Positions 28,940 to 39,128 of a DNA stretch of 64,000 nt are shown one piece after another. Made by a program: the position numbers and the translations under genes. Each line of letters opens with the position of its first letter. Within the stretch, counting starts at the first letter, position 1. The notes beneath the pieces are model-generated. The model saw only the letters and a list, made by a program, of their open reading frames with translations. It was not told the origin of the DNA and made no database searches. Origin of the DNA: Desulfosudaceae bacterium (lineage in GTDB: Bacteria > Desulfobacterota > Desulfobacteria > Desulfobacterales > Desulfosudaceae). The DNA lies in assembly GCA_963674745.2 (NCBI GenBank), contig CAXXDV010000003.1, forward strand, positions 704,001-768,000, written 5' to 3'.

Positions 28940-30554
28940 TCCGGCTTACGCCATACAGGCCGTACCAGGTCCTGTCAAACAAGGTGACGTTAGCTGAAAA
29001 CAGGTCCTGGGCGTCTTTGTTTTCATGTAGACGACGGCGCAGTTCCGTGGCGTAATCCCGATTGGATTTATGTCTGGCGATCTGAATCACCCCTATTTCC
29101 GCCAGATAGGCCAGGGTGGCCAGGTAAACGGCACGCAATCCCTGTCGCAGTTCTCCTTTGGCGACCAGATCATTGGCCAGGGAGAGCCACTGGTCGACAT
29201 TCAACTCTTTTGCGTCGACATTTTCATCATTCAGGTCCGGCACAACAGGCTCATCTTCCTCAAGGTTGTCTTGAACCCGTTTTTTCCGCGCGGCCCACAC
29301 TCTTTTGGCATAAACACCCAACATGGCGCCAAAAACGCATAAAAGAAGGAACAATAATATTTTAATCCATCCTATCCAATTGATATTGCTTGACTTTATT
29401 TTGCCTGGAGGCGCTGACCGGGCGCTTTCCCGAAACCAGTCAACCAGCTTTTTTGCCAGCGGTTTGAGTATGTCGATCACCGGAGATGCAGCTGTTTTGA
29501 GAATCGGTTTTACCCATTTGAAGAAAGCTGCCAGGGGATTGAACAGCTCCCTGCTTGCATGATCGTTTCTTTCTCTTGGCAGGCGCCATGAAAATTCCGG
29601 ACGCTCAAGTACCGTCCGGATAGCAACATTCAGGTCCGCAGCGGCGACAGACTCGGCAACCGGCTGATCAACCGTCTGTTCGGCTGCGGCATGGCCACAC
29701 AGGAAGGTTACCATCAGCAAAATCGACAGAACGACAGGGATGGTTTTTCTTACAGCGGCCAGGCGACGTAACGCTACATTGAGGTCTTCACCGGTCTGGA
29801 TCGATTCATCATAAAAAGAGCGTAATGTGTATACGGTCTTAACCAGGGGGTCGACGCAAAGGTAGCACAGGCCCATAGAAACAGCCAGGTAAGTGGTGTT
29901 GAGAAATGAGCGCCAGGTCAGTGTGAAAATTGTTTCAAACCCGAATAGTGTTTTTAAAAGGTAGGGCAGAGCGAACAGCCCGATCAGGATATTAAAGAAG
30001 ACGACCGTACCGAATGCGGACAGGATGAGGAAAAGCACATGGTTCTGTTTCGGCCACGACCGGCACTGGCGAACGGCCCGGCCGACAGCCTCGCCAAGAC
30101 TTTCCGGGTGGGTATTGTCCATCAGGGACAGATGCTGATAAAAGGCGAATATCCAGGCAAAGGGAATCGTAAAAACCATGGCCAGGGGCAGGAGAACCCA
30201 TCCCGTCGGCTGGATGACCGATTGGACAAAAGCAATCCGCGAAAGGCTTTTCAGTGTTCCGGGGCGGTGGGGCATAAGGCTCAGCAAAGATCTGACCCGA
30301 TCCATAAACAGGGATTGCCAGATTTTCATCCAGGCAAAAAGAAGCGCCAGCCCTAAAGCTGCGGCGGCACAATGCTCGGCGGCAAAGGCACTACGGCTCA
30401 TGTCTCCCCAGAAGAAGAGAAAACCCATAATAAAAGGAAGGCTGCCGATATAGTATATCGGCAGTAGTGTCAGGGCATTTCCCCGCAGGAGATGGGTTGC
30501 CTCATCGATAATTTCAAGCGCGCTTTTTTCCTGTATTTTTTTCATCTTTTTCAT
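28878..30554 (-). CDS. Multi-pass membrane protein with C-terminal DUF4129
   Basis: Several TM segments; A...GELRQGLRAVYLA.L...KSNRDY..EL...FDRTWYG. Confidence 0.8.
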   Translation of the reverse strand: MKKMKKIQEKSALEIIDEATHLLRGNALTLLPIYYIGSLPFIMGFLFFWGDMSRSAFAAEHCAAAALGLALLFAWMKIWQSLFMDRVRSLLSLMPHRPGTLKSLSRIAFVQSVIQPTGWVLLPLAMVFTIPFAWIFAFYQHLSLMDNTHPESLGEAVGRAVRQCRSWPKQNHVLFLILSAFGTVVFFNILIGLFALPYLLKTLFGFETIFTLTWRSFLNTTYLAVSMGLCYLCVDPLVKTVYTLRSFYDESIQTGEDLNVALRRLAAVRKTIPVVLSILLMVTFLCGHAAAEQTVDQPVAESVAAADLNVAIRTVLERPEFSWRLPRERNDHASRELFNPLAAFFKWVKPILKTAASPVIDILKPLAKKLVDWFRESARSAPPGKIKSSNINWIGWIKILLFLLLCVFGAMLGVYAKRVWAARKKRVQDNLEEDEPVVPDLNDENVDAKELNVDQWLSLANDLVAKGELRQGLRAVYLATLAYLAEIGVIQIARHKSNRDYATELRRRLHENKDAQDLFSANVTLFDRTWYGLYGVSRNDVELFTDNHKRIVNLVYGQ

Positions 30555-30874
30555 AAATTATGCCACCAGCCCGTCTGCCAGAGTGTGCCGTCATGAAAAG
30601 CAGTAGGCAACATGATCAGCAGCCGGCCGATATAGTAAAAAACGCACCATGACAGGAAAAATCCGGCAGCTGCCAGCAAGGCCTGGAGAATCCACGCAAA
30701 CCGTTTGGCGGATAAGGGTTTTTCTGATGATAGCGACCTGATGCAGGACGCACACAGCATCCGTCCGTCATGTTCGGTGACGCATTCCCGGCAGAAAAAC
30801 CGGCCGCAGACCGGACAACGTGCTGCGGCTTCGCGGGATTGATGATTGGCGCATCGCTTCCGGTGGATATCCAT
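30551..30874 (-). CDS. B-box-like zinc finger + TM small protein
   Basis: CANH..REAAARCPVCGRFFCREC......LCASC followed by a hydrophobic helix. Confidence 0.8.
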   Translation of the reverse strand: MDIHRKRCANHQSREAAARCPVCGRFFCRECVTEHDGRMLCASCIRSLSSEKPLSAKRFAWILQALLAAAGFFLSWCVFYYIGRLLIMLPTAFHDGTLWQTGWWHNL

Positions 30875-31878
30875 CAGGCTTGATTCAATCGTCGATGTCT
30901 GAGTATAAAAACAAAACCCGTTATGCCAAGCAACAGGTCGGCGACAATAAAAAACAGGTAGCTGCTCAGCAGGACAGGATCATTCCGGACGGATACCGCG
31001 GACAAAGCCGCCATCAAAGTCCACTGGTCCTGCATGGCTTGATTCGAAAATCCCAGATGTTTTATCATGATATAGATGATCAGAAAGTAGCTTGCCACGA
31101 AGGTGATGATCGCGTATCCGAGATTAACCCACGTCAACCGACGCAGGGGCGCAAACAGATTACTGTTCTGCTGCCGCACCAGAGAGACGATAACGGTGAT
31201 CAGAAAACAGAAAAACAGGAGCGTTCCCAGGGACATGAAAAAGCTGTTATGAAAATCAATGCTGATACTGGTAACCAGGGCGTTGATCAGAATCAGGCAG
31301 ATCATGGCGGTGTGCCAGCGCCCCCTGAGCCTTTTTTGCGGCTCTGACAGACCCACGGACGACCTCACGCCTCCGGTTCCTTTATCCGGCAGGAAGATGG
31401 CGTCGGCCTGAAGCGACTCCGCGGAGATGGCCCCCTGGGCTTCCTCGATCAGGGGCTTTAACCGACGAATCACCTTTTTCGCCGTACGCAGTCGATATAA
31501 TGACGGTAGTTTTTCCATCTGGACCGCGGTGATCAGATGGCATTCACTGCTGGTCCCGTAAAGCAGTTGCTGTATGAAGAGCCCTGTGAGCGGAACGCAC
31601 ATGACGCCGAAGAAGATGGTCCAGCCGCCGGAAAGAAGGAGCGCCAGCCCAAGAAAAAGGGCGCTGAAAAAGCCTGACACGGCGATGGTGATTTTCCAGC
31701 TTTCAACTTTTCGAAGCACGATGGCTTTGATGTCCCGAAAGTAGAAGCGCTTGTATTCTTCGACAAACACCCGGGTGGTAAGTGACAGCAGGTGATCCCT
31801 GCCCAGCAGAAGCTGCTGCCTGGTGAAAGAATACCGTTTGATGCCGGGCAGTTTTTTATATTCTTTTTTTCGGGCCAT
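30874..31878 (-). CDS. Hypothetical membrane protein
   Basis: EEYKRFYFRDIKAI then about 6 hydrophobic helices; 1-bp overlap with the downstream gene. Confidence 0.75.
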   Translation of the reverse strand: MARKKEYKKLPGIKRYSFTRQQLLLGRDHLLSLTTRVFVEEYKRFYFRDIKAIVLRKVESWKITIAVSGFFSALFLGLALLLSGGWTIFFGVMCVPLTGLFIQQLLYGTSSECHLITAVQMEKLPSLYRLRTAKKVIRRLKPLIEEAQGAISAESLQADAIFLPDKGTGGVRSSVGLSEPQKRLRGRWHTAMICLILINALVTSISIDFHNSFFMSLGTLLFFCFLITVIVSLVRQQNSNLFAPLRRLTWVNLGYAIITFVASYFLIIYIMIKHLGFSNQAMQDQWTLMAALSAVSVRNDPVLLSSYLFFIVADLLLGITGFVFILRHRRLNQA

Positions 31879-31895
31879 AATTTTTTGTCAATTTT

Positions 31896-32462
31896 TCATG
31901 TCAGCCGGATCAAGGCATAAACGCCCCAGGACCAGGCCGCGATCTGCAGGCCCGCAATCAGGAAAGCGGCCATAAACCGGATTTTTGTTCTGGGCATAAT
32001 GCTGGACTGGCTTCTCCAGTGTCGAACAACAAGATAAATGACGACCGGGGCCGTAATAAACGAAAAAAACCAGAACAGCAGGGAAACGATGGAGATGTGT
32101 AAGGCCATATTATCATACAGGGTGCGCCGGGTCTCCAGGGTTTTGATGGATTTTGTTTTTGTACCGGTTTCCAGGCAGGCGGCACACAGGTGCCGACCGT
32201 GCATTTCCAGATCACACAAAGCGCAGAGAAACCGGCCGCAGGATTCACAGGCGATAACGGCTTTTTTGTCGGGATGATAATAACACCCGGCATCATCATC
32301 AAGGATCAGTCTTTCGCCGTTTTCTCCGGGGGTGACGTTCTGCAGGAGGGCGGGGAAGGCGTCGACCCGGATCGGCACGCCGCAGTTGGGGCAGGGCGAA
32401 AGCTGATTTTTATTATAGATGTCCGCGTCAAGGGGCGAGGCGCATTTCGTGCATTTAATCAA
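31896..32462 (-). CDS. Zinc-ribbon + B-box-like + TM protein
   Basis: CTKC..CPNC; CYYHPDKKA..ACESCGRFLCALC......LCAAC; two TM helices. TTG start at 32462 with upstream AGGAG. Confidence 0.8.
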   Translation of the reverse strand: MIKCTKCASPLDADIYNKNQLSPCPNCGVPIRVDAFPALLQNVTPGENGERLILDDDAGCYYHPDKKAVIACESCGRFLCALCDLEMHGRHLCAACLETGTKTKSIKTLETRRTLYDNMALHISIVSLLFWFFSFITAPVVIYLVVRHWRSQSSIMPRTKIRFMAAFLIAGLQIAAWSWGVYALIRLT

Positions 32463-32478
32463 ATCGGCAACTCCCTTT

Positions 32479-33249
32479 TTAGTCTTTGTATACCACCCGG
32501 GTGTTGCACATGTGATCATGCAGGGCACGTTTCTGCCCGTCAAAGCCGGCCATGATAAAACCGATACCCAGGATGATAGAACTGACGAGCTTGCCGAAAT
32601 AGCGTCCGAAAGCCAGTCCGTATCCGACTTTTTCGCCGTCGGATTTAATGACTTTTATTTTGCAGGCCATTTTTCCCGGGGTGGCGGCATATTTTCCCAC
32701 GAACCATGTTTCATAGGCAATGGCGATGCCGAACTGAAGAAAAATCAAAAAAAACTGGAGGCCCATAAACAGACCTAAATTTTCAAAATTCTGATCTTCC
32801 ATTTGATTAATATCGCCCATCATACCGGAAAGGATCAAGGTAAAGGGGGTTGTCACCACGATTTGAACGACCCAGAGAATGATACCGTCTATTATCGCTG
32901 CCGCGGCACGGATCCAGAAGCCCGCGTAACGCAAGTCACCTGAAACATTTACGCCTTCTTTTAGTTTCTGCAGAAAAACCGGTTTGCACGAAGCGCATAC
33001 CCAGGCGTTTTCATACTGGATGACATCATCGGTGGAAAAATAGTTGCCGCATTCTGCGCAGGGCACACGACCGTCTGTCGCTTCTTCCCCGTCGGTCGTC
33101 TGTCTGAACTTTTCCCAGGCTTCCATGGTTTCGTTCCACACCAGCGTGTCCGGCTGAATCGTTCCGTTATCGATCAGCGCCTGAAAGTCTTCATCTGAAA
33201 CGGGCCCGATACGTTCATTGTCGACAACATAATACCAATCCATAGTCAA
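32479..33249 (-). CDS. GYF_2 (DUF4339) + zinc finger + RDD protein
   Basis: WYYV....IGPVS...TLVWNETM..W; CAECG...CASCK; YAGFWIRAAA.IID, TPGK, RALHDHMCNTRVV. Confidence 0.9.
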   Translation of the reverse strand: MTMDWYYVVDNERIGPVSDEDFQALIDNGTIQPDTLVWNETMEAWEKFRQTTDGEEATDGRVPCAECGNYFSTDDVIQYENAWVCASCKPVFLQKLKEGVNVSGDLRYAGFWIRAAAAIIDGIILWVVQIVVTTPFTLILSGMMGDINQMEDQNFENLGLFMGLQFFLIFLQFGIAIAYETWFVGKYAATPGKMACKIKVIKSDGEKVGYGLAFGRYFGKLVSSIILGIGFIMAGFDGQKRALHDHMCNTRVVYKD

Positions 33250-33529
33250 TTCTCTCCGTCAGGTGTCGTGTTGATTACGCCTGCGTGCTTCCAGTTCGCG
33301 TTTAGATACAGTGTGTTTTACGACGAATTTCAATGAAAGGTCTGGCGTCGTTTTATAATCAAAACGTTTTGTTGATTCCATTAAAAAAGACGCTGCCGGA
33401 CAGGGCTTTTTTCCTGTTATTTTTATGATGATGTTCGTATAAAAAAAGATCCGGACATCATCACAGCCTCCGGTCAAAACCTTCCCCCGATAACACAAAT
33501 TATCAACTTAATAACCTTTTAAGCGGATT

Positions 33530-36253
33530 TTGTCAACCGGCTTGAAAAGTATCCGGTCAATTACATTGACACCGATTAAGGCTTTTTATACGATGTTCAA
33601 AAGCTTCGAAAACACTTTCCGGTCCATTAAACGTCACAAAAGGCGCTTTTCACGAAACCAGCCAATCATGAAAAAATTGTTTTTCGCCATACTGATCATT
33701 GTGTCGGCACTCTTCCTGGCAGGCCTGGCTGTGGATGTGCTTCTGACCCATTATATCACCTCTGTTCTTATCCCCCGAACGGCTGACCAGTACGGTATCG
33801 ACCGGGCATCCATTGATATCCTCAAACCAGGGCTGTTTGAAACCGTAGCCGGTCAGGTCAGGCTGGGCGACCGGAAAACCGATTTTCTGGAAATTGCATC
33901 AATTAAAATCTGCTATACACCAGTGGGACTGATCAACAGACATATCGAAACGGTGATCGTCAACGGGCTTGTGGTGAATGCCGTCTGGTCGGATAACAGC
34001 CTGGTGCTGCCGGGTTTTTCGCCCCCGGCACGGGTTGAAGAAGATAAAGACGATGTGTCTGATGGTACATGGCCGGTCACAATCGGCATGGTAGCGGTCA
34101 ACAATGTCATGATCAATGTCGCTCTGGGAGAGGACATTTTTCAGCTGCCGGTATCGTTGAACATGGTTTCGGACAACAGTAATATGCAACTCATCGACGG
34201 CACCCTTCGGCTTTATCCCCGGGGACAGGAGGTAACTGTCAACTTCCGGATGGACATAACCGGTAACAGCATATCCTCGCGGCTGGAGGCGCCCCATATC
34301 CGGTTGGGCAGCCTGGCTGACTGGATCGACCGGCTGGGCGTTACCGACGCAGACGGCCTGGCCGCTTTGTCGGCCCGGGCGGATTTGAAGATTGCCCCCC
34401 CGGAACTGCTGGCGGCGGGCTTTGATCTGGATCTGACAAGGGGCGGGATCGCATTTCAGGATGTTGCCCTGGGGCCGGTTGATGACCAAACACCCATATC
34501 AATCAGTGTGGCCGGATCAACTAAAAAGGGCTGGCAGGTTACCGGTTCGGCCATGACTGTTTCCGGTCCCTTTCCATTGCGGTTGTCCGGGTTTGACGGT
34601 TTCCTGTCAGCCGCGACGGTAAATGGTAAAAGGCAGGGCAATTTTTCAGTTGCCTTTGATCGGTCGATAAGAGCAACGCCTTCCGATTTTGGTTTGATGG
34701 TACCAATAAACGTTGACGGCGCCATTGACATGGAAAATACGGACGATTCATGGCGGATTGCCCTGTCCGGTCAACAATCCGCGCCGGATTCAGCCGTCTG
34801 CCAGTTTAAATCCGGTGACGTCGTTTTCAGGGCACCGGTTCCGGGGTTTACCCTGTCGGCAGAGGGCTCAGGTCCGCAAACCCGGGTCAAAACTGCTGTC
34901 GAGCTGTCGCAAGCAGACATGGATGCGGGGGGCGAAAAGATCGCGCTGTCAAACGCCGCCATACGGGTCGAGGCCGATATCACCCGGTCAACGGACAACA
35001 ACCCGGCTGTCTCAGGCAGCCTGCGGTTATCGTCCGGAAAAATATCAGCCGTAGGCCAACAGGCGGAAATCAAAAAAATCGAAATCGATTTGCCTTTTTG
35101 TTGGCCGGGATCAAGCCCGGACCGGGGGGGGCTTGCTGTAGGCCCTTTAGTGTGGCGGGATAAGGACCTGGGCGCGCTGACCGGAACGCTGCAGCAGAAG
35201 GGCAAAAGGGTTGAAATCAGCGGAATGTATAAACCCGGTCTTGTCCCCGGATTAAAAGGAGATTTATCCGGCACCCTGGGCATGGATGAGATCGATCCGG
35301 CCGTGGATATGACATTTCACCTGCGGCATCCGGCCGACGCGGCAGGCATTGACCTGGGCCGTTTCCTTCCGCAGGCCGCGGGAACAGTTGTAACCGGGGG
35401 GCTGGACGCAATCGTTGAGATCGCAATGGCTAACGGTCTGCCTGCCGGTCGCCTGACGTCCCGGATTGACAACGGCAACGTGCGTTCCGCTGAAAAGGGA
35501 TTTGATATCAGCGGTATAAAAGCCGACCTGAAAATTCCGGATCTGTTAAGCCTGAAAAGTGATCCTGACCAGAAACTTTCTTTTAACATGGCAACTCTTG
35601 GCGACATTCAGGTGACTGACGGTGAATTCGAGTTTCAACTGGAATCGACCAGGACGGTTTTTCTGGAAAAAAGCGGATTCAAGTGGTGCCGGGGCAGTGT
35701 ATATGCTGAGGGTATGCGGATTTCACCGGACAGGGATGTGTACGATCTGACGCTTTACAGCGATCGTTTGAACCTGGCCGATGTGTTAAGCCAGATCGGC
35801 GGTATTCAGGCCGAAGGTGAAGGAACGGTCAGCGGCCGCATTCCCATTCGCTATGCCGGCGGGGGGATCAGCATCAATAACGGGTTTCTGTTTTCAGCAC
35901 CCGGTGAAGGTGGTATTATCTATCTGAGCAAAACCGATATTCTGACCGCAGGCCTGCCGAAAAACAGCCCGCAATACACCCAGATCGATCTGGCCCGGGA
36001 GGCCTTGAAAAATTATCAGTATGACTGGGCCAAGGTACTGTTGAACTCAGAAGACGAAAACCTTTTGATCCGGCTGTCTTTTGACGGTAAGCCCAGACAA
36101 TCACTGCCTTTCATCCCGGATAAGAAGAAAGGCGGATTTGTCAGGGTCGAAAATGGACGAAACGGCTCGGAATTCATGGGCCTGAGTCTGGATGTGAATT
36201 TCAGGATTCCCTTGAACGAGCTGATCGGGTATAAAAGGGTGTTAAATATGTGA
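33530..36253 (+). CDS. ydbH: YdbH-family (AsmA-like) intermembrane lipid-transfer protein
   Basis: N-terminal TM anchor, long beta-rich body, GTVSGRIPI..GG.I...ALKNYQYD; followed by ynbE and ydbL homologs. Likely start at MKKLFF (about 33668). Confidence 0.8.
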   Translation: MSTGLKSIRSITLTPIKAFYTMFKSFENTFRSIKRHKRRFSRNQPIMKKLFFAILIIVSALFLAGLAVDVLLTHYITSVLIPRTADQYGIDRASIDILKPGLFETVAGQVRLGDRKTDFLEIASIKICYTPVGLINRHIETVIVNGLVVNAVWSDNSLVLPGFSPPARVEEDKDDVSDGTWPVTIGMVAVNNVMINVALGEDIFQLPVSLNMVSDNSNMQLIDGTLRLYPRGQEVTVNFRMDITGNSISSRLEAPHIRLGSLADWIDRLGVTDADGLAALSARADLKIAPPELLAAGFDLDLTRGGIAFQDVALGPVDDQTPISISVAGSTKKGWQVTGSAMTVSGPFPLRLSGFDGFLSAATVNGKRQGNFSVAFDRSIRATPSDFGLMVPINVDGAIDMENTDDSWRIALSGQQSAPDSAVCQFKSGDVVFRAPVPGFTLSAEGSGPQTRVKTAVELSQADMDAGGEKIALSNAAIRVEADITRSTDNNPAVSGSLRLSSGKISAVGQQAEIKKIEIDLPFCWPGSSPDRGGLAVGPLVWRDKDLGALTGTLQQKGKRVEISGMYKPGLVPGLKGDLSGTLGMDEIDPAVDMTFHLRHPADAAGIDLGRFLPQAAGTVVTGGLDAIVEIAMANGLPAGRLTSRIDNGNVRSAEKGFDISGIKADLKIPDLLSLKSDPDQKLSFNMATLGDIQVTDGEFEFQLESTRTVFLEKSGFKWCRGSVYAEGMRISPDRDVYDLTLYSDRLNLADVLSQIGGIQAEGEGTVSGRIPIRYAGGGISINNGFLFSAPGEGGIIYLSKTDILTAGLPKNSPQYTQIDLAREALKNYQYDWAKVLLNSEDENLLIRLSFDGKPRQSLPFIPDKKKGGFVRVENGRNGSEFMGLSLDVNFRIPLNELIGYKRVLNM

Positions 36254-36364
36254 TCAAGGTGATTAAGTGGTCAGATGTTTAGGTGATTACGTTATTCGGC
36301 GGTTAGCATCCCTCCCGGGTGAGTCGCCTTAGACCCTTCTGTAAAACGCAGGTCACGAACTCAA

Positions 36365-36423
36365 GTAGGGGCATCCCCCTGTGGGTGCCCTTTCATCGGG
36401 CGGCCACAGGGGGCCGCCCCTAC
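36365..36423. repeat. REP doublet (REPIN-like)
   Basis: GTAGGGGCATCCCCCTGTGGGTGCCC-tttcatc-GGGCGGCCACAGGGGGCCGCCCCTAC: inverted pair with GTAG/CTAC ends. Confidence 0.85.
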
Positions 36424-36488
36424 AACTTGGAATCGTGTGTCTGGCTAATCGGGTGTGTAGCCCAATAATTAAATATAAGGAGTCGGAT

Positions 36489-36683
36489 ATGAGAAACAAA
36501 ATTATTTTTTGCGCGCTTGCCGCCGCCCTTTTGTTTCTGGTGGCTTGCACCCACCGGGTACAGGTTGACCCGATTCACATTACGGTGGATGTCAACATCA
36601 AGGTGGACAGGGCCCTGGATGATTTTTTCGGTGATATCGACCAGACCGGTGCCGCAGCCGAAACCGCGCCGGCAACGGATTGA
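36489..36683 (+). CDS. ynbE: YnbE-family lipoprotein
   Basis: AAGGAG RBS; lipobox LVAC; PIHITVDVNIKVDRALDDFF; lies between ydbH and ydbL. Confidence 0.8.
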   Translation: MRNKIIFCALAAALLFLVACTHRVQVDPIHITVDVNIKVDRALDDFFGDIDQTGAAAETAPATD

Positions 36684-36724
36684 AAACGCTTAATACTGAA
36701 CGCATATTTTTCAAGGAGACTGTC

Positions 36725-37105
36725 ATGAAACATAGATCATATCTTTTTATCCTGCTGGCAGCCGGCTTCTGCCTGCTGAGTGTTTCTTCTCTTGCCGTGG
36801 CTGAAAGCGCCGGAGACATCAAGGCGCGTATGCTCGAACGCCTGCCGGTGATCAATGATTATAAAGCCCAGGGGACTGTGGGAGAAAACAACAAGGGCTT
36901 TTTACAGGTCATGGGTATTGATGGCGAGTGGTCCAAAGTGGTGGCCGCTGAAAACAATGATCGCAAAACGGTCTACCAGGCCATTGCCGCCAAGGCCGGC
37001 GCGCCCGCCGAAACCGTCGGTGCCAGGCGAGCCCTCCAGATTCGGGAAAGCGCCGCGCCCGGCACCTGGATCCAGGGAAAAGATGGCAAATGGGTGAAGA
37101 AATAG
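36725..37105 (+). CDS. ydbL: YdbL-family (DUF1318) protein
   Basis: AAGGAG RBS; signal peptide; KAQGTVGENNKGFL, ENNDRKTVYQAIA, GTWIQ..DGKWVKK. Confidence 0.88.
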   Translation: MKHRSYLFILLAAGFCLLSVSSLAVAESAGDIKARMLERLPVINDYKAQGTVGENNKGFLQVMGIDGEWSKVVAAENNDRKTVYQAIAAKAGAPAETVGARRALQIRESAAPGTWIQGKDGKWVKK

Positions 37106-37827
37106 GACTGGAGAAACCAATGATAAAAAAAAATATGGCAAAACATGATTTTATCCGGTTTTTGCTGGTTATGGCCATGAGCTTCTGTTTTTCTGCCGTA
37201 TCCTGCGACTTGACATATGCCCAAGAGTCGACGGAAACCAGGCAGCTCCGGCAGATAGCCGTCATGCCTTTTTTTAAAGGGAAAAAACCGGAAAAAATCG
37301 AAACCATCATGATGTGCCCAGTGGGTCGTTTATGCACGGAAGACGAAGCCGTGTTGCCGGGGGCTGAAAAGACCATGACATCTGTCCTGCAGAAAGCGAT
37401 GGCCGGGCGTTATGGTGATCGCGTGGTGCCGCAGGAGAAAACGGCGACGGCTTTTGACCAGGTGACCCTCGAGCAGATGGCCGGAAAGGGGGACGGACAG
37501 ACCATGCTGGACCTGGCCATGAAACTGGGCCGTGAAGTAAAAGCCGGTTACGTGGTCACCGGCAATGTCTGGCGGTTCACACAGCGTAGCGGGACCGCAC
37601 TCGGGTCGGAGATTCCGGCATCGGTGGCGTTCGATGTTCACCTGATAGATGTCGACAGGGGCGCAAGGGTATGGAAAGGATCGTTTGATAAAACCCAGCA
37701 GCCGCTGTCCGACAATCTCTTAAAACTTGGCGATTTTATAAAACATGATGGGCAATGGCTAACGGCCGAGGAGTTGGCCCGTCTGGGTATCAAAGAAGTA
37801 CTGAAAGCGTTTCCGGTAGGCAGGTAA
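37090..37827 (+). CDS. Exported protein, CsgG/TolB-N/LpoB-like fold
   Basis: Signal-like N-terminus; IAVMPF, LGREVKAGYVVTGNV, VAFDVHLIDV..GARVW. Confidence 0.65.
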   Translation: MGEEIGLEKPMIKKNMAKHDFIRFLLVMAMSFCFSAVSCDLTYAQESTETRQLRQIAVMPFFKGKKPEKIETIMMCPVGRLCTEDEAVLPGAEKTMTSVLQKAMAGRYGDRVVPQEKTATAFDQVTLEQMAGKGDGQTMLDLAMKLGREVKAGYVVTGNVWRFTQRSGTALGSEIPASVAFDVHLIDVDRGARVWKGSFDKTQQPLSDNLLKLGDFIKHDGQWLTAEELARLGIKEVLKAFPVGR

Positions 37828-37832
37828 AGGTA

Positions 37833-39128
37833 TCAGCCGGCCCGGGCCAGCGGCAAATCCTGCCAGCGGGAGGTAAAGGCCGGTGAGGTGTGGCGGCGCT
37901 GCATTTCCCAGGCATGGTCCCGGCCGCTGGCCGCAAAGTACAGGACGTCCCGGCCGAAGCGTTCATTGATCCGGTCCAGGGTGGTCATCAACTGTTCATC
38001 GGCCCGTCTGTCGGTCACCAGATGCTCTTCGATGCAGGTCTGCCGGTGTTGTGCGTCCGTCAGCCCGGACAGCATGACCCCGGCTTTTTTGTACCCGTAG
38101 CCCGGGCGGTAAATATGGCGCAGCACTTTCAGCGCGGCCGTCAGCATGGCGGGGGTGCTGTTTGACGGCGGGCAGAGGCGGAGGAATTCGCAGGCCATGT
38201 ACTGGGGCAGGGGCCGGAAGCGGTCGGTCTGGAGAAACACGTGCAGGCAATGGGCCACCTGCCCGGATTGTCTCAGTTTCTCCGCGGCCCGGTGGGTGTG
38301 AACCGATACGGCCTGTTCAAGATCATTCCGGTCCGTCACCAGCCGGCCGAAAGATCGTGAGCGGATCAGGCTCTTGGCCGGCGCCGGCGCCGTGTTCAAT
38401 GCCAGGCAGGGCCGACCCGTAAGTTCCCGGACCATGCGTACCCCGTTGATGGTCATCCGTTTTCTTATCCATGATTCCGGCATGCGGACAAGCGCGCCGG
38501 CGGTGTGGATACCGTAGTGATGAAGCATTTTCGTGTACTGCCGGCCGATGCCCCAGATGTCGGCCACGGGGATGGTCTGCAGCAGACCGTCCAGGTCGGT
38601 GGCGTTGTCAATGCAGACGACCCCCCTGGTTTCCGGATTTTTTTTGGCGATTTTATTGGCTGCTTTGGCCAGGGTCTTGGTGGATGCCAGGCCGACGGAA
38701 ACCGGTATCCCGGTCCATTGCCGCACCACGGCCCGGATCTGGCGGGCCTGGGCTTCCAGGGCCGGCGACGATTTTCCGGTCAGGCACAAAAAAGCCTCGT
38801 CCTGGGAGTATATTTCCAGGTCCGGTGTCAGCATGCCCAGCACGGACATGACCCGGTCGGACATATCGGCGTAAAGGGTGTAGTTGGACGAAAACACCCG
38901 CACCCCGTAACGCCTGAAATCGGCTTTCATTTTAAAGGCCGGCGCGCCCATGGCAATGCCCAGGGCCTTGGCCTCGTTGGAGCGGGCGATGACACAGCCG
39001 TCATTGTTGGACAACACCACTACCGGACGGTTTTCCAGGCGGGGTTGAAAGACCCGTTCGCAGGAGACGTAAAAATTATTGCAGTCCACCAGGGCTGTCA
39101 AAGAACTGCTGTCATCCGGCCGGGGCAT
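37833..39128 (-). CDS. umuC: Y-family DNA polymerase, UmuC (Pol V) with DUF4113 tail
   Basis: [61 protein letters not shown]...SP.FTSRW. ORF is open from 39164. Confidence 0.95.
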   Translation of the reverse strand: MPRPDDSSSLTALVDCNNFYVSCERVFQPRLENRPVVVLSNNDGCVIARSNEAKALGIAMGAPAFKMKADFRRYGVRVFSSNYTLYADMSDRVMSVLGMLTPDLEIYSQDEAFLCLTGKSSPALEAQARQIRAVVRQWTGIPVSVGLASTKTLAKAANKIAKKNPETRGVVCIDNATDLDGLLQTIPVADIWGIGRQYTKMLHHYGIHTAGALVRMPESWIRKRMTINGVRMVRELTGRPCLALNTAPAPAKSLIRSRSFGRLVTDRNDLEQAVSVHTHRAAEKLRQSGQVAHCLHVFLQTDRFRPLPQYMACEFLRLCPPSNSTPAMLTAALKVLRHIYRPGYGYKKAGVMLSGLTDAQHRQTCIEEHLVTDRRADEQLMTTLDRINERFGRDVLYFAASGRDHAWEMQRRHTSPAFTSRWQDLPLARAG

